A DNA stretch of 64,000 nt from Escherichia coli. Lineage in GTDB: Bacteria; Pseudomonadota; Gammaproteobacteria; Enterobacterales; Enterobacteriaceae. Below, one piece after another: positions 38,282-51,857 of this stretch. Position numbers and translations under genes: made by a program. The notes beneath the pieces were generated by a model, which was not told the DNA's origin, did no database searches, and worked only from the letters and a program-made list of their open reading frames with translations. The first letter of the stretch is position 1; each line of letters begins with the position of its first letter. The stretch lies in the NCBI RefSeq assembly GCF_003019035.1, contig NZ_CP027447.1; one strand, written 5' to 3'.

Positions 38282-41137
38282 TTACAGCGCGGCGATAACT
38301 GCCTGCTGTTCAATCAGCTTCGCTTTCGCTTCTGCATAACCTTCCAGCTTCTCACGCTCTTTCGCGATAACCGCTTCCGGTGCGCGGGCGACAAAGCCTT
38401 CATTTGCCAGCTTGTTCTCGATGCGGCTGATTTCACCTTCGATCTTCGCCACTTCTTTCGCCAGGCGCGCCAGCTCATCTTCTTTGTTGATGAGGCCAGC
38501 CATCGGGATCAGCAGCTCTGCACCGTCGATGATCTTCGTAACGGAAACCGGACCTTTATCATCGGCAGGCAGCACGGTGATACTTTCCAGACGCGCCAGC
38601 GTTTGCAGGAAGCCACGGTTTTCATTTACGCGACGTTCTGCATCCGCGCTGCAACCACGCAGCAGCAGCTCCAGCGGTTTGCCCGGCGCGATGTTCATTT
38701 CTGCACGGATGTTACGTACCGCAACGATCGCCTGCTTCAGCCACTCGGTGTCGGCCAGTGCGGCTTCATCGACCTGAGACGCATCGTACTGCGGGAACGG
38801 TTGCAGCATGATGGTGTCAGCAGTGATACCGCAAAGTACTTTCACACGCTGCCAGATGGTTTCGGTGATGAACGGAATGATCGGATGCGCGAGGCGCAGC
38901 AAACCTTCCAGTACAGTCACCAGCGTATGGCGAGTACCGCGCAGTTCGGCTTCTGTTCCACCGTTCATTACCGGCTTGGTCAGCTCGAGATACCAGTCAC
39001 AGAACTGGTTCCAGGTGAACTCATACAGAATGCCTGCGGCGATATCGAAGCGGAAGCTGTCCAGCGCTTCGCGGTACGCTTTGATGGTCTGGTTGAACTC
39101 CGCCAGAATCCAGCGGTCCGCCAGCGACAGCGTCATTTCGCCGCCGTTGAAGCCGCAATCCTGACCTTCTGTGTTCATCAGCACAAAGCGGCTGGCGTTC
39201 CACAGCTTGTTACAGAAGTTACGGTAGCCTTCCAGACGCTTCATATCCCAGTTGATGTCACGACCGGTAGAAGCCAGCGCCGCCAGGGTGAAGCGCAGCG
39301 CGTCAGTGCCGTGCGGCTCAATGCCGTTCGGGAACTGTTTCTCGGTGCGCTTACGGATTTTGTCCGCCAGCTGCGGCTGCATCATATTGCCGGTACGTTT
39401 TTCCAGCAGTTCTGGCAGTGAAATACCGTCAACCATATCCAGCGGGTCGATAACGTTACCCTTGGATTTGGACATCTTCTGGCCTTCGTCGTCACGAATC
39501 AGACCGGTCATGTAAACAGTGTGGAACGGCACCTGCGGTTTGCCATTTTCATCTTTGATGAAGTGCATGGTCATCATGATCATGCGGGCAATCCAGAAGA
39601 AGATGATGTCGAAACCAGATACCATCACGCTGGTTGGGTGGAACTGACGCAGGGCGTCGGTATTTTCCGGCCAGCCAAGGGTAGAGAAGGTCCACAGCGC
39701 AGAAGAGAACCAGGTGTCGAGAACGTCTTCGTCCTGACGCAGGACAACATCAGCACCGAGGTTATTTTCTTTACGCACTTCGTCTTCGTTGCGGCCAACA
39801 TAAACGTTACCCGCTTCGTCATACCATGCCGGGATACGGTGACCCCACCATAGCTGACGAGAGATACACCAGTCCTGAATATCGCGCATCCAGGAGAAGT
39901 ACATGTTTTCGTACTGCTTCGGTACGAACTGAATGTCGCCGTTCTCAACCGCTTCAACTGCCGGTTTCGCCAGTACATCGGCACGCACGTACCACTGGTC
40001 GGTCAGCATCGGTTCGATAACCACGCCGCCACGGTCGCCGTAAGGAACGGTCAAGTCGTGCGGTTTAATTTCTTCCAGCAGGCCGAGTGCGTCAATCGCA
40101 GCAACGACGGCTTTACGTGCAGCAAAACGCTCGAGTTTCTGGAACTCTGCCGGGATCTCGCTGGAATAAACGTCAGATTCGTTACCTTTGGTATCGAATA
40201 CCTGGGCGCTTTCACGGATATCGCCGTCAAAGGTCAGGATGTTGATCATCGGCAGGGCGTGACGTTTACCGACTTCATAGTCGTTAAAGTCGTGCGCTGG
40301 GGTGATCTTCACGCAGCCGGTGCCTTTTTCCATGTCGGCGTGTTCGTCGCCAACGATCGGAATACGACGGTTAACCAGCGGCAGAATGACATATTTGCCA
40401 ATCAGATCTTTATAACGCGGATCTTCCGGGTTAACGGCCACGCCAGTATCGCCCAGCAGGGTTTCCGGACGGGTAGTCGCAACCACCAGATAATCTTTAC
40501 CGTCTGCGGTTTTCGCGCCGTCAGCCAGCGGATAGCGGATGTGCCACATCGAACCTTTCGATTCGCGGTTTTCCACTTCCAGGTCGGAGATAGCGGTGCG
40601 CAGTTTCGGGTCCCAGTTTACCAGGCGTTTGCCACGGTAAATCAGGTCTTCTTTATACAGACGAACGAAAACTTCTTTCACTGCATTGGACAGGCCTTCG
40701 TCCATCGTGAAGCGTTCACGCTCCCAGTCGACGGAGTTGCCGAGACGACGCATCTGACGGGTAATGGTGCCGCCGGATTCCGCTTTCCATTCCCAGATTT
40801 TGTCGATGAAAGCTTCGCGGCCGTAGTCGTGACGGGTTTTACCTTCTTCTGCGGCAATCTTGCGCTCAACGACCATCTGGGTAGCGATCCCGGCGTGGTC
40901 AGTACCGACCTGCCACAGGGTGTTTTTGCCCTGCATGCGCTGATAGCGGATCATAGTATCCATGATGGTTTGCTGGAAGGCGTGACCCATATGCAAACTG
41001 CCGGTGACGTTCGGCGGCGGGATCATGATGCAGAAACTTTCCTGGCTTTCATCGCCATTAGGCTTAAAGTAGCCCTGCTTTTCCCAGTGCTCGTAAAGCG
41101 GCTGTTCGATATCTTGTGGGTTATATGTCTTTTCCAT
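38282..41137 (-). CDS. valS: Valine--tRNA ligase, 951 aa
   Basis: Class I aaRS HIGH ([14 protein letters not shown]) and KMSKS motifs; C-terminal coiled coil. Confidence 0.96.
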   Translation of the reverse strand: MEKTYNPQDIEQPLYEHWEKQGYFKPNGDESQESFCIMIPPPNVTGSLHMGHAFQQTIMDTMIRYQRMQGKNTLWQVGTDHAGIATQMVVERKIAAEEGKTRHDYGREAFIDKIWEWKAESGGTITRQMRRLGNSVDWERERFTMDEGLSNAVKEVFVRLYKEDLIYRGKRLVNWDPKLRTAISDLEVENRESKGSMWHIRYPLADGAKTADGKDYLVVATTRPETLLGDTGVAVNPEDPRYKDLIGKYVILPLVNRRIPIVGDEHADMEKGTGCVKITPAHDFNDYEVGKRHALPMINILTFDGDIRESAQVFDTKGNESDVYSSEIPAEFQKLERFAARKAVVAAIDALGLLEEIKPHDLTVPYGDRGGVVIEPMLTDQWYVRADVLAKPAVEAVENGDIQFVPKQYENMYFSWMRDIQDWCISRQLWWGHRIPAWYDEAGNVYVGRNEDEVRKENNLGADVVLRQDEDVLDTWFSSALWTFSTLGWPENTDALRQFHPTSVMVSGFDIIFFWIARMIMMTMHFIKDENGKPQVPFHTVYMTGLIRDDEGQKMSKSKGNVIDPLDMVDGISLPELLEKRTGNMMQPQLADKIRKRTEKQFPNGIEPHGTDALRFTLAALASTGRDINWDMKRLEGYRNFCNKLWNASRFVLMNTEGQDCGFNGGEMTLSLADRWILAEFNQTIKAYREALDSFRFDIAAGILYEFTWNQFCDWYLELTKPVMNGGTEAELRGTRHTLVTVLEGLLRLAHPIIPFITETIWQRVKVLCGITADTIMLQPFPQYDASQVDEAALADTEWLKQAIVAVRNIRAEMNIAPGKPLELLLRGCSADAERRVNENRGFLQTLARLESITVLPADDKGPVSVTKIIDGAELLIPMAGLINKEDELARLAKEVAKIEGEISRIENKLANEGFVARAPEAVIAKEREKLEGYAEAKAKLIEQQAVIAAL

Positions 41138-41580
41138 TATTTCCAGGTTGCCGTATTCAGGTTGAAACCAGCCACGCGGTAGGCTTTATAGCGTTCGCGC
41201 GCCAGTTGTTTCAGAGAATCTTCATAAGGAACGAAGTCTACCACTTCTGTGAAAGCGGTGGCAAAATCTGCAAAGCTTGTTCGCAGACTAATCAATATAT
41301 CGCGCGGGCTGCTGCTGCGTTTTTGCGGCCAGGCGATCTCCACCGGCGCACCGCCGCGCGGTCCTTCTCCCGCTAAATTATGCGGGACAAAGCTTTCTGC
41401 CGGACGCGCCCACAGGGCTTCATCCAGCCGGTAAGCCTGCTTTTCATCTTCACAGGCGATGAGCACGCGCTTACCGCTGCGCCAACGTTCTGCGGCAATT
41501 TCACACACCAGTTGCTCAACGGCGCTTAAGCCATCGACGGTGGTGTCATTGTCCAGAAGGTAGAACGTTGCGTTTTTCAT
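41137..41580 (-). CDS. holC: DNA polymerase III chi subunit, 147 aa
   Basis: Begins [12 protein letters not shown]; abuts valS as in K-12; internal ATG start chosen. Confidence 0.88.
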   Translation of the reverse strand: MKNATFYLLDNDTTVDGLSAVEQLVCEIAAERWRSGKRVLIACEDEKQAYRLDEALWARPAESFVPHNLAGEGPRGGAPVEIAWPQKRSSSPRDILISLRTSFADFATAFTEVVDFVPYEDSLKQLARERYKAYRVAGFNLNTATWK

Positions 41581-41665
41581 ATATGGGGCTTCTTGTGGTG
41601 GATTTAAATATTGCTGCATTCCTCACCCTGAAAGATGAGCAATGAATTTCTATTGCGCTCGATCG

Positions 41666-41701
41666 GTTCCCTCTCCCTTAGGGAGAGGGTTAGGGTGAGG
41701 G
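41666..41701. repeat. GC-rich intergenic repeat, copy 1 (box-C-like)
   Basis: CCCTCTCCCTTAGGGAGAGGGTTAGGGTGAGGG; a near-identical copy occurs at 45738..45775. Confidence 0.6.
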
Positions 41702-41713
41702 TAAAACGCAAAC

Positions 41714-43228
<1,515 letters not shown>

Positions 43229-43491
43229 CTACGCTCCTGAATCTTAAAGACAACGGCGGTGGCTACAGATAGAATTGCAAGCTTTCGTAACTCATTTCCG
43301 CTGTTGCGATGACTTCGTGTTAATCTTAACGTTATTACGGCATTGGCACGTCAGAACAAAATCTGAGAGGTGAATCCGTTGAGTATAATTATCTTAGCGA
43401 CGATTTCGACGACTCAAGAGAATAAATGACGTTTAAGCCATGAAACAAGCTAAAATCCTGCAAAAGACGAGTTTTTACGGGCGTATTTAAA

Positions 43492-44592
43492 GTGATAATC
43501 ATAAGATATCTGGTGCGGGAGACGCTCAAAAGCCAGCTGGCGATACTCTTCATCTTGCTTTTGATCTTCTTCTGTCAAAAGTTAGTGAGGATCCTCGGCG
43601 CAGCGGTTGACGGCGATATTCCGGCGAATCTGGTGCTCTCCCTTCTCGGGTTGGGCGTGCCGGAAATGGCGCAGCTTATCCTGCCATTAAGCCTGTTCCT
43701 CGGGCTGCTGATGACGCTGGGCAAACTGTATACCGAAAGTGAAATTACGGTAATGCATGCCTGCGGCCTGAGCAAAGCGGTTCTGGTGAAAGCGGCAATG
43801 ATCCTTGCGGTATTCACGGCAATCGTCGCGGCGGTTAACGTGATGTGGGCGGGACCATGGTCATCGCGTCATCAGGATGAAGTGTTAGCAGAAGCGAAAG
43901 CGAACCCTGGCATGGCGGCGCTGGCGCAAGGGCAATTCCAGCAAGCGACTAATGGCAGCTCGGTGCTGTTCATCGAAAGCGTTGACGGCAGCGATTTCAA
44001 AGATGTGTTCCTCGCGCAAATTCGACCAAAAGGTAATGCACGACCTTCTGTGGTGGTGGCCGATTCCGGACATTTAACCCAGCTGCGCGACGGCTCCCAG
44101 GTCGTCACTCTCAACCAGGGAACGCGCTTCGAAGGCACTGCACTGTTACGTGATTTCCGCATTACGGATTTCCAGGATTATCAGGCGATCATTGGTCACC
44201 AGGCGGTGGCGCTCGACCCGAACGATACCGACCAGATGGACATGCGCACATTGTGGAACACTGACACCGATCGTGCTCGCGCAGAACTGAACTGGCGTAT
44301 CACGTTGGTGTTCACCGTGTTTATGATGGCACTTATGGTCGTACCGCTGAGCGTGGTTAACCCGCGTCAGGGACGCGTACTGTCGATGCTGCCAGCCATG
44401 CTGCTGTATCTGTTGTTCTTCTTGATCCAGACCTCCCTGAAATCGAACGGCGGTAAAGGTAAGCTGGACCCGACGCTGTGGATGTGGACCGTTAACCTGA
44501 TTTATCTGGCTTTGGCGATTGTTCTCAACCTTTGGGACACCGTGCCGGTCCGCCGCCTGCGCGCCAGTTTTTCGCGTAAAGGAGCGGTGTGA
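43492..44592 (+). CDS. lptF: LPS export ABC permease LptF
   Basis: GTG start; 366-aa permease; divergent from pepA as in K-12. Confidence 0.9.
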   Translation: MIIIRYLVRETLKSQLAILFILLLIFFCQKLVRILGAAVDGDIPANLVLSLLGLGVPEMAQLILPLSLFLGLLMTLGKLYTESEITVMHACGLSKAVLVKAAMILAVFTAIVAAVNVMWAGPWSSRHQDEVLAEAKANPGMAALAQGQFQQATNGSSVLFIESVDGSDFKDVFLAQIRPKGNARPSVVVADSGHLTQLRDGSQVVTLNQGTRFEGTALLRDFRITDFQDYQAIIGHQAVALDPNDTDQMDMRTLWNTDTDRARAELNWRITLVFTVFMMALMVVPLSVVNPRQGRVLSMLPAMLLYLLFFLIQTSLKSNGGKGKLDPTLWMWTVNLIYLALAIVLNLWDTVPVRRLRASFSRKGAV

Positions 44593-45674
44593 TGCAACCT
44601 TTTGGCGTACTTGACCGCTATATCGGTAAAACTATTTTCACCACCATCATGATGACGCTGTTCATGCTGGTGTCGCTGTCGGGCATTATCAAGTTTGTCG
44701 ATCAGCTGAAAAAAGCCGGGCAGGGGAGTTACGACGCGTTAGGCGCAGGAATGTATACCTTGCTGAGCGTGCCGAAAGATGTGCAAATCTTCTTCCCGAT
44801 GGCGGCTCTGCTTGGGGCGTTGCTTGGTCTTGGGATGCTGGCGCAGCGCAGCGAACTGGTGGTGATGCAGGCTTCTGGTTTTACCCGTATGCAGGTGGCG
44901 CTGTCGGTGATGAAAACCGCCATTCCGCTGGTCTTGCTGACGATGGCGATTGGTGAATGGGTCGCGCCGCAAGGCGAGCAGATGGCGCGTAACTACCGTG
45001 CGCAGGCGATGTACGGCGGCTCGTTGCTCTCCACTCAGCAAGGCTTATGGGCGAAAGATGGCAACAACTTCGTCTACATTGAGCGGGTTAAAGGTGACGA
45101 AGAGTTAGGTGGCATCAGTATTTATGCCTTTAACGAGAATCGTCGTCTGCAATCCGTACGTTATGCCGCTACCGCGAAGTTTGACCCGGAACATAAAGTC
45201 TGGCGTCTGTCGCAGGTTGATGAATCTGATCTGACCAATCCGAAACAGATCACCGGTTCGCAGACGGTGAGCGGCACCTGGAAAACCAACCTCACGCCAG
45301 ACAAACTGGGCGTGGTGGCGCTGGACCCGGATGCACTCTCTATCAGCGGTTTGCACAACTATGTGAAGTATCTGAAGTCGAGCGGTCAGGATGCCGGACG
45401 TTATCAGCTCAACATGTGGAGCAAAATCTTCCAGCCGCTATCCGTGGCGGTGATGATGCTGATGGCGCTGTCGTTCATCTTTGGTCCACTGCGTAGCGTA
45501 CCGATGGGCGTGCGTGTGGTCACCGGTATCAGCTTCGGTTTTGTCTTCTACGTACTGGACCAGATCTTCGGCCCGCTGACGTTGGTTTACGGCATCCCGC
45601 CGATCATTGGCGCACTGTTGCCAAGCGCCAGCTTCTTCTTAATCAGCCTGTGGCTGTTAATGAGAAAATCGTAA
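44592..45674 (+). CDS. lptG: LPS export ABC permease LptG
   Basis: 360-aa paralogue immediately after lptF; ATG at 44592. Confidence 0.9.
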   Translation: MQPFGVLDRYIGKTIFTTIMMTLFMLVSLSGIIKFVDQLKKAGQGSYDALGAGMYTLLSVPKDVQIFFPMAALLGALLGLGMLAQRSELVVMQASGFTRMQVALSVMKTAIPLVLLTMAIGEWVAPQGEQMARNYRAQAMYGGSLLSTQQGLWAKDGNNFVYIERVKGDEELGGISIYAFNENRRLQSVRYAATAKFDPEHKVWRLSQVDESDLTNPKQITGSQTVSGTWKTNLTPDKLGVVALDPDALSISGLHNYVKYLKSSGQDAGRYQLNMWSKIFQPLSVAVMMLMALSFIFGPLRSVPMGVRVVTGISFGFVFYVLDQIFGPLTLVYGIPPIIGALLPSASFFLISLWLLMRKS

Positions 45675-45681
45675 TCTAACA

Positions 45682-45710
45682 AGGGAGCGAAAGCTCCCTT
45701 TATTATTGTT
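45682..45710 (+). terminator. Rho-independent terminator after lptG
   Basis: AGGGAGC-GAAA-GCTCCCT hairpin followed by TTATTATTGTT. Confidence 0.6.
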
Positions 45711-45737
45711 GACAAAGTCAAATACGAGTTCGAACGG

Positions 45738-45775
45738 TCCCCTCGCCCCTTTGGGGAGAGGGTTAGGGTGAGGGG
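45738..45775. repeat. GC-rich intergenic repeat, copy 2 (box-C-like)
   Basis: CCCCTCGCCCCTTTGGGGAGAGGGTTAGGGTGAGGGG; same family as 41666..41701. Confidence 0.6.
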
Positions 45776-45792
45776 CACAGATCACGTCTGAC

Positions 45793-47295
45793 TTACCTTT
45801 TTCTCCCCCCCAGCAAACTCCCCAACATCCCGCGTACAATCTGATTCGTCACCTGGCGAGCGGCGCTTTTCGCCATTGTTTGCACCACACCATCTTTCTT
45901 CCCGCCGCGTGGTCCGGTAGTGCCAAACAAAATATCCTTCAATCCACCAAGAATACCGTCATCCACCGCCACCTCTTTCCCTTTCACGGGGGGATTATTT
46001 TGCTGCTCGGTACTGGCCTGAAAGCCTTTTTGCAGCATCTCATAGGCGGACTCGCGGTCCACCTCATCTTCATATTTGCCATACACCGGGGAGTGATTAA
46101 TCAGGCCATTACGCTCATCTTCCGTCACCGGCCCCATTCGCGAACAAGGTGCGATCACCATCGCCCGTTCCACCACAGAAGGACTTCCTTTTGCATCGAG
46201 AAACGAGATTAACGCCTCGCCGGTCCCCAGTTCCTGGATTGCCTTTTCGGTATCAAATGCCGGATTGGCCCGCATGGTTTGCGCCGCTGCCTTCACTGCT
46301 TTCTGATCTTTTGGCGTAAAAGCCCGCAAAGCGTGCTGAACGCGATTACCGAGCTGGCCGAGCACATTATCCGGAATATCAGACGGGTTTTGCGAAACGA
46401 ACCAGACGCCCACGCCTTTTGAGCGAATAAGCCTTATCACCTGCTCAATCTTATCCAGCAGTACCTGCGGTGCATCGTTAAACAGCAGATGTGCCTCGTC
46501 GAAGAAAAACACCAGTTTTGGTTTCTCCAGATCGCCCGCTTCAGGCAATTGTTCATACAATTCTGAAAGCATCCACAGCAGGCTGGCGGCGTACAGTTTC
46601 GGCATCTGATAAAGCTTCTCGGCGCTGAGGATATTGATAACGCCTTTACCGTTGGCATCGGTACGCATCCAGTCTTTGATATCCAGCATCGGCTCACCAA
46701 AAAAGTGCGCCGCGCCTTGCTGTTCCAGCGATAACAGCCCGCGCTGGATGGCACCAACCGATGCGCTACTGATATTACCGTACTGATTCTGGAAGGATTT
46801 GGCGTTATCGCCGATGTACTGGGTAATCGCCCGCAAATCTTTAAAGTCGAGCAGCAACAATCCCTGATCGTCCGCAATGCGGAAGATAATATTCAGCACG
46901 CCAGATTGCACATCGTTGAGATTCAACAGTCGTGCCAGCAACAGCGGCCCCAGATCCGAAACCGTCGCCCGCACCGGATGGCCTTTCTCGCCAAAGATAT
47001 CCCACACCACCACCGGATTGGCATGCGGTTGCCAGTCGTTGACGCCGATATTTTTCAGTCTTGCGAGCAGTTTTTCCGACGCCGTTCCTGCCTGCGCGAT
47101 GCCGGTCAGATCGCCTTTCACATCGGCCATAAACACCGGAACACCGATTTCCGACAATGACTCTGCCAGTTTTTGCAACGTGACAGTTTTACCCGTCCCC
47201 GTTGCGCCAGTAATCAGCCCGTGACGGTTAGCCATTCCCGGCAGTAAAAACAGTTCTGTGTCCGGCGTGCGGGCAATTAACAGGGGTTCGCTCAT
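45793..47295 (-). CDS. yjgR: YjgR, DUF853-family P-loop NTPase, 500 aa
   Basis: Walker A motif (GATGTGKTV); K-12 position. Confidence 0.85.
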   Translation of the reverse strand: MSEPLLIARTPDTELFLLPGMANRHGLITGATGTGKTVTLQKLAESLSEIGVPVFMADVKGDLTGIAQAGTASEKLLARLKNIGVNDWQPHANPVVVWDIFGEKGHPVRATVSDLGPLLLARLLNLNDVQSGVLNIIFRIADDQGLLLLDFKDLRAITQYIGDNAKSFQNQYGNISSASVGAIQRGLLSLEQQGAAHFFGEPMLDIKDWMRTDANGKGVINILSAEKLYQMPKLYAASLLWMLSELYEQLPEAGDLEKPKLVFFFDEAHLLFNDAPQVLLDKIEQVIRLIRSKGVGVWFVSQNPSDIPDNVLGQLGNRVQHALRAFTPKDQKAVKAAAQTMRANPAFDTEKAIQELGTGEALISFLDAKGSPSVVERAMVIAPCSRMGPVTEDERNGLINHSPVYGKYEDEVDRESAYEMLQKGFQASTEQQNNPPVKGKEVAVDDGILGGLKDILFGTTGPRGGKKDGVVQTMAKSAARQVTNQIVRGMLGSLLGGRKR

Positions 47296-47372
47296 GAGAT
47301 TTCCTCCAGTTTCCTGCCTGGAGTATAGGCAACGTCCGGCAAAGAGAATATGTGTAATGAAGAGAAAATAAC

Positions 47373-48371
47373 CTAAAGCGTGTTACCGTGATAAATCTGA
47401 TACCCGAGGTCAACAGTGTTGTGGTTGTGATCGTTATTCTTAATCTTGCTCAGCAACATTTGGGCGGCCATCCGACCAATATCAAAACGGGGAGTAATTA
47501 CGCTGGCGAGGCTTGGGATCATTTGCCTGCCAATCTCCAGCCCATGAAAACCCGCAATGGAAATTTGTTCTGGCACGGCGAGGTTTCGCTCGCGGCACAG
47601 CAGAAGCGCACCCATCGCAATATCGTCATTGGTGCAAAATACACCGTCTAAATCCGGGTTTGCGCTAAGGGCATCACGCATTAACTGCATTCCTAAATGA
47701 ATGGATGAGATGGCGCGTGGATTCATGCGTAATGGGGAAAGATTATGCAGCATCATCGCATCGCAATACCCCTGATAACGCTGTTCATCGCGGGTGTCAT
47801 CTTTGGAACCGAGATACAGAATTTTGCGCCTGACTCGCTTATCCAGCATGGTACACACCATGTCAAAAGCAGCCTGCCGATTATCAAAACCGACCTCCAT
47901 ATCCAGCCGTTCTCCCTGTACATCCATCAATTCCACGACCGGAATGGTGGCTGAACGCAGAAATTTCACCGTCCTGATGGTGTGATATTTTTCCGAAAGA
48001 ATAATCCCGTCAATGTTATAAGAGAGCAGGTTAATCACCGACTCTTCTTCGGAATCGCGATCGTAATTGTAATTAGCAATAAGGGTCTGATAATTATGCA
48101 CAGAGGTGACGGATTCTATTCCCGCGAGAATGTCAGCGAAGAGTTGATTTTGAAATGACGGAATCAAGATACCGAGGGTATAACTTTGTGCATTCAACAA
48201 CATGCCGGGAGCGCGATTAGGGATATAATTGATCTCTTCCATAATTTTGGCGATGCGCTCGCCTGTTTCCTTTGCCACCTTTTTCGGCGAGCGGATATAA
48301 CGACTCACGGTCATTTTTGTTACGCCAGCCAGCGTAGCGATATCCTGTAAAGAAATTCTGTGATTGCGCAT
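47373..48371 (-). CDS. idnR: IdnR, LacI-family regulator of L-idonate catabolism, 332 aa
   Basis: LacI-type HTH ([21 protein letters not shown]); last gene of the idnDOTR operon. Confidence 0.88.
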   Translation of the reverse strand: MRNHRISLQDIATLAGVTKMTVSRYIRSPKKVAKETGERIAKIMEEINYIPNRAPGMLLNAQSYTLGILIPSFQNQLFADILAGIESVTSVHNYQTLIANYNYDRDSEEESVINLLSYNIDGIILSEKYHTIRTVKFLRSATIPVVELMDVQGERLDMEVGFDNRQAAFDMVCTMLDKRVRRKILYLGSKDDTRDEQRYQGYCDAMMLHNLSPLRMNPRAISSIHLGMQLMRDALSANPDLDGVFCTNDDIAMGALLLCRERNLAVPEQISIAGFHGLEIGRQMIPSLASVITPRFDIGRMAAQMLLSKIKNNDHNHNTVDLGYQIYHGNTL

Positions 48372-48437
48372 AACTTCTCCCAACGTCGGGGGAATCTTCA
48401 ATCTTCCCCCGAAACTACATCACAATATTTTATTCTT

Positions 48438-49757
48438 TCAGTGCAATACGGCGTTAATGGCTAACACGCCGAGCAAACCCATAATAGAAATAAGGGTTTC
48501 CATCACTGTCCAGGTACGCAACGTTTCACCAACCGTCAGATTAAAATACCCTTTAAATAGCCAGAAGCCAGGGTCGTTTACGTGTGACGCGATCACGCTG
48601 CCCGCACCAGTTGCCAGTACCATTAAAGCGGGATCGGCATGGGTAACGTTGATAATCGGCAACACCACACCCGCGGTGGTAATGGCCGCGACGGTGGCAG
48701 AGCCCAGAGCGATACGCAACAGCGCCGCGACAGTCCAGCACATCAATAACGGCGAAAGCGTAGTTCCGGTCATTAAGTGTGAAATATACTGCCCGACACC
48801 ACTATCTACTAATACCTGCTTAAACGCGCCGCCGCCAGCGATAATAAACACAATCATCGCGATAGCGCCTATAGAATCCCCAATGATATCCATGATTTGC
48901 TCGATGGTGCGTCCATTACGTCGGCCCAGTGTGAAAATCGCAATAACAATGGCAATAAACAGCGCAACGGCAGGGTTACCGACAAATTCAAAGAAGAGGC
49001 GCACGGTGTTAGTTTTCGGTAACGTAATTTCACAAACGGCGGCGATAGCCATCAGGATGACCGGGATCACGGCAGCGAAAATACTGTTCCAGAAGGAGGG
49101 CATCTCCTCTTCGCTAAACAGATGAGGATTAAATAAGCCTTCCGGTGGTGCTTTCTCAAAGCGAGTTAGCAGTTTAGAAAACAGCGGTCCTGCGACAATA
49201 ACTGTCGGAATGGTAATGATAAATCCATACAGTAAAGTCGTTCCGAGATTAGCCTCAAAGATAGTCGCGATGGCAGTAGGCCCTGGATGTGGCGGCAGAA
49301 AACAGTGGGTTACAGAGAGCGCTGCTACCATCGGTACGCCAACATACAACAGGGGTAATCCAGATGATGCCACGATGGTAAATACCAACGGCAGCAGCAG
49401 GACAAAACCCACTTCAAAAAACATGGCGAGGCCCACAACCAGACCGGTGATCACTAGCGCCCATTGCACGCGTTTTTTACCAAAAGTAGCAATCAGCGTA
49501 GTGGCGATACGTTGTGCCGCGCCCGTATCAGAAATCAGCTTGCCTAACATGGCCCCGAAACCGAGGATCATTGCCAGCCCGCCGAGCGTGCTGCCGATAC
49601 CATTTTGTATAGAGTGCAGGACGGCCTGTGCATCCATCCCTTCGGCAAATCCGACGACGGCAGCTACCAGAACGAGGGCAATAAAGCCGTTAACTTTAAA
49701 GCCGATCATCAGGATAAGAAGCAGCGCGACGCCTGCCGCAATAATGATTAATGGCAT
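48438..49757 (-). CDS. idnT: L-idonate/5-ketogluconate/gluconate transporter (GntP family)
   Basis: Polytopic GntP-family permease sequence. Confidence 0.88.
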   Translation of the reverse strand: MPLIIIAAGVALLLILMIGFKVNGFIALVLVAAVVGFAEGMDAQAVLHSIQNGIGSTLGGLAMILGFGAMLGKLISDTGAAQRIATTLIATFGKKRVQWALVITGLVVGLAMFFEVGFVLLLPLVFTIVASSGLPLLYVGVPMVAALSVTHCFLPPHPGPTAIATIFEANLGTTLLYGFIITIPTVIVAGPLFSKLLTRFEKAPPEGLFNPHLFSEEEMPSFWNSIFAAVIPVILMAIAAVCEITLPKTNTVRLFFEFVGNPAVALFIAIVIAIFTLGRRNGRTIEQIMDIIGDSIGAIAMIVFIIAGGGAFKQVLVDSGVGQYISHLMTGTTLSPLLMCWTVAALLRIALGSATVAAITTAGVVLPIINVTHADPALMVLATGAGSVIASHVNDPGFWLFKGYFNLTVGETLRTWTVMETLISIMGLLGVLAINAVLH

Positions 49758-49821
49758 AGTCTTTATCTCTTATTAGTGCCAGAAAAGCAGCGCTTTCGCG
49801 CTGCACGTAGGGTGGTGGCTG

Positions 49822-50586
49822 TTAAACAGCCACTAACATGCCGCCATCAACAAACAACAGGTGGCCGTTTACGAAATCAGAGGCTTTTGAAGAAAGGAAC
49901 ACCGCAGCACCAATCAGTTCCTGCGGATCTCCCCAGCGTGCGGCGGGGGTCCGTTTGCACAACCAGGCGGTGAAGGCTTCGTCCTCAACCAGTGCTTTAG
50001 TCATTTCTGTTTTGAAATAGCCCGGCGCAATACCGTTGACCTGAATATTGTGGCGCGCCAGCTCGACGCACATGCCGCGGGTGAGCATTTTTACCGCCCC
50101 TTTCGATGCGGCATAAGGGGTGATGGTGTCACGTCCCAGTTCGCTTTGCATCGAGCAAATATTAATAACTTTACCTGCCTTGCGTTCAACCATGTGACGA
50201 GTTACCGCTTGCGATACCAGGAACACGGCGGTCTGGTTTACTGCGATCACATCATTCCACTCTTGTTCAGGGAACTCAGTAAAAGGATGACGGCGCTGGA
50301 TACCGGCGTTATTCACCAGCACATCAATGGGGCCGATGTCCTTTTCGATATGTTCAACGGCGGCATCAATTTCATGTTTATGAGTAACATTAAAAGGTGC
50401 GGCAACGGCCTGAATACCCTCCTGGTGGAGTTTTTCTACAGCAAGTTCTGCGCGTTCGGCAGTAATATCATTAATAATTATTTGTGCGCCATATTTACCC
50501 AGACCGGTTGCCAGTAAATAGCCAATGCCCTGTGCTGAACCGGTAATCAAGATATTTTTTCCTGCCAGTGAAAATAGATCGTTCAT
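49822..50586 (-). CDS. idnO: 5-keto-D-gluconate 5-reductase (SDR)
   Basis: SDR motif TGSAQGIG; operon position. Confidence 0.88.
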   Translation of the reverse strand: MNDLFSLAGKNILITGSAQGIGYLLATGLGKYGAQIIINDITAERAELAVEKLHQEGIQAVAAPFNVTHKHEIDAAVEHIEKDIGPIDVLVNNAGIQRRHPFTEFPEQEWNDVIAVNQTAVFLVSQAVTRHMVERKAGKVINICSMQSELGRDTITPYAASKGAVKMLTRGMCVELARHNIQVNGIAPGYFKTEMTKALVEDEAFTAWLCKRTPAARWGDPQELIGAAVFLSSKASDFVNGHLLFVDGGMLVAV

Positions 50587-50609
50587 TGTATTATTCCTTT
50601 ATTTATCTC

Positions 50610-51641
50610 TTAGAAAACAAGCTGGACTTTTGCTGCCTGGGTTTTATCACCGGCGAAACGTAGCGCCTCTTCCAGGTCAGTGAAGAGATATTCAGCACTC
50701 AGTAAAGGCAGTGGATTGATAACGCCATTCGCCAGCCATGACACTGCGGTATTAAATTCGCTGGTAAAACGGAAAGAGCCTTTGAGTGAAATCTCCTTAC
50801 CAATCAACGTCATCATTGGGAATTCTGCCATCGCGCCTCCCATCCCTACCTGCACCATTACGCCGCGTGCACGAGTGACCTCCAGACAGGTATTCACTGA
50901 TGAAGGATGACCGGACACTTCAAAGCTGACATCGAAATAGCCTTTTTCCGCTTTCCAGTGATCCATGTCGTCGTTTTGTGGGTTTACGAGCACCTCCGCC
51001 CCCATCTCTTTGCCCAGCGAAAGGGAACGGGGACTCACATCGGCACAGACAATTTCCGCGGCCCCCAGTGTTTTCACAGCACTGACAATCAGGCAGCCAA
51101 TGGGCCCAACACCAGAAATAAATACTCGCTTGCCCTGTAACTCGCCGGCCTGATGTGCGGCATGAATCGCGACGGCTAAAGGTTCGGCAAAAGCCATAAC
51201 CTTTTCGTCAGCTTTGGCCGGATAAGGGACACATTGCGACGTTTCGACCATTTTATAACGGGTAAAACCACCATCAACATGAGGGAAATACATGGCACTG
51301 CCAAAAAAACGCATATCTGTACACTGATTCTCGTTATGTTCAATGCAGTATTTGCAGTGACCGCACGGTTTAGACGGATTAATGGCTACCGTTTGCCCTT
51401 CATGTAATTCTGATGAGTCGCTATGAATAACTTTACCGATAACTTCATGACCTAACACCATCGGTGCCTTTATCATGAAATTACCTACTTTTCCTTCCTG
51501 ATAATAATGTAAATCGGAACCGCAAATTCCACCTCGGGTTATTTGTACTAATGTTCCATTATTATTCCAATCTATCGTCTGCTCGGTAACGGCAACAGTT
51601 TTCTTGCCCGCAACAACGCAGGACTGTGTTTTCACTTGCAT
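50610..51641 (-). CDS. idnD: L-idonate 5-dehydrogenase (Zn-dependent MDR)
   Basis: Zn-ADH motifs (GICGSDLHY; GHE); operon position. Confidence 0.88.
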   Translation of the reverse strand: MQVKTQSCVVAGKKTVAVTEQTIDWNNNGTLVQITRGGICGSDLHYYQEGKVGNFMIKAPMVLGHEVIGKVIHSDSSELHEGQTVAINPSKPCGHCKYCIEHNENQCTDMRFFGSAMYFPHVDGGFTRYKMVETSQCVPYPAKADEKVMAFAEPLAVAIHAAHQAGELQGKRVFISGVGPIGCLIVSAVKTLGAAEIVCADVSPRSLSLGKEMGAEVLVNPQNDDMDHWKAEKGYFDVSFEVSGHPSSVNTCLEVTRARGVMVQVGMGGAMAEFPMMTLIGKEISLKGSFRFTSEFNTAVSWLANGVINPLPLLSAEYLFTDLEEALRFAGDKTQAAKVQLVF

Positions 51642-51857
51642 AAATTCCTCACTGGTCAGGTAGACACCTCGGAAGCATTTAAGCGGTTTTAATTGTCATT
51701 ATTTGTGATGAAGATCACGTCAGAAAATTGTTACATTACTATGTTACGCATAACGTGATGTGCCTTGTAATTCTTATCAGCAGAAATAAAAAAACGTGAA
51801 ATTATTATGCCACCAGGCGTAGTATCGCAGCAGGTAAGATGATTCAGGAGATTTTAA

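Noticed and set aside
40058-41182. 374-aa ORF on the plus strand
   Set aside because: Antisense to valS, which carries clear aminoacyl-tRNA synthetase motifs; no RBS; treated as spurious.
45587-45839. Two 60-63-aa ORFs on the minus strand
   Set aside because: They run through the GC-rich intergenic repeat between lptG and yjgR; the open frame is an artefact of the repeat.
48364-49776. Plus-strand ORFs of 253 and 188 aa
   Set aside because: Antisense to idnT; composition bias of a membrane-protein gene produces open frames on the opposite strand.
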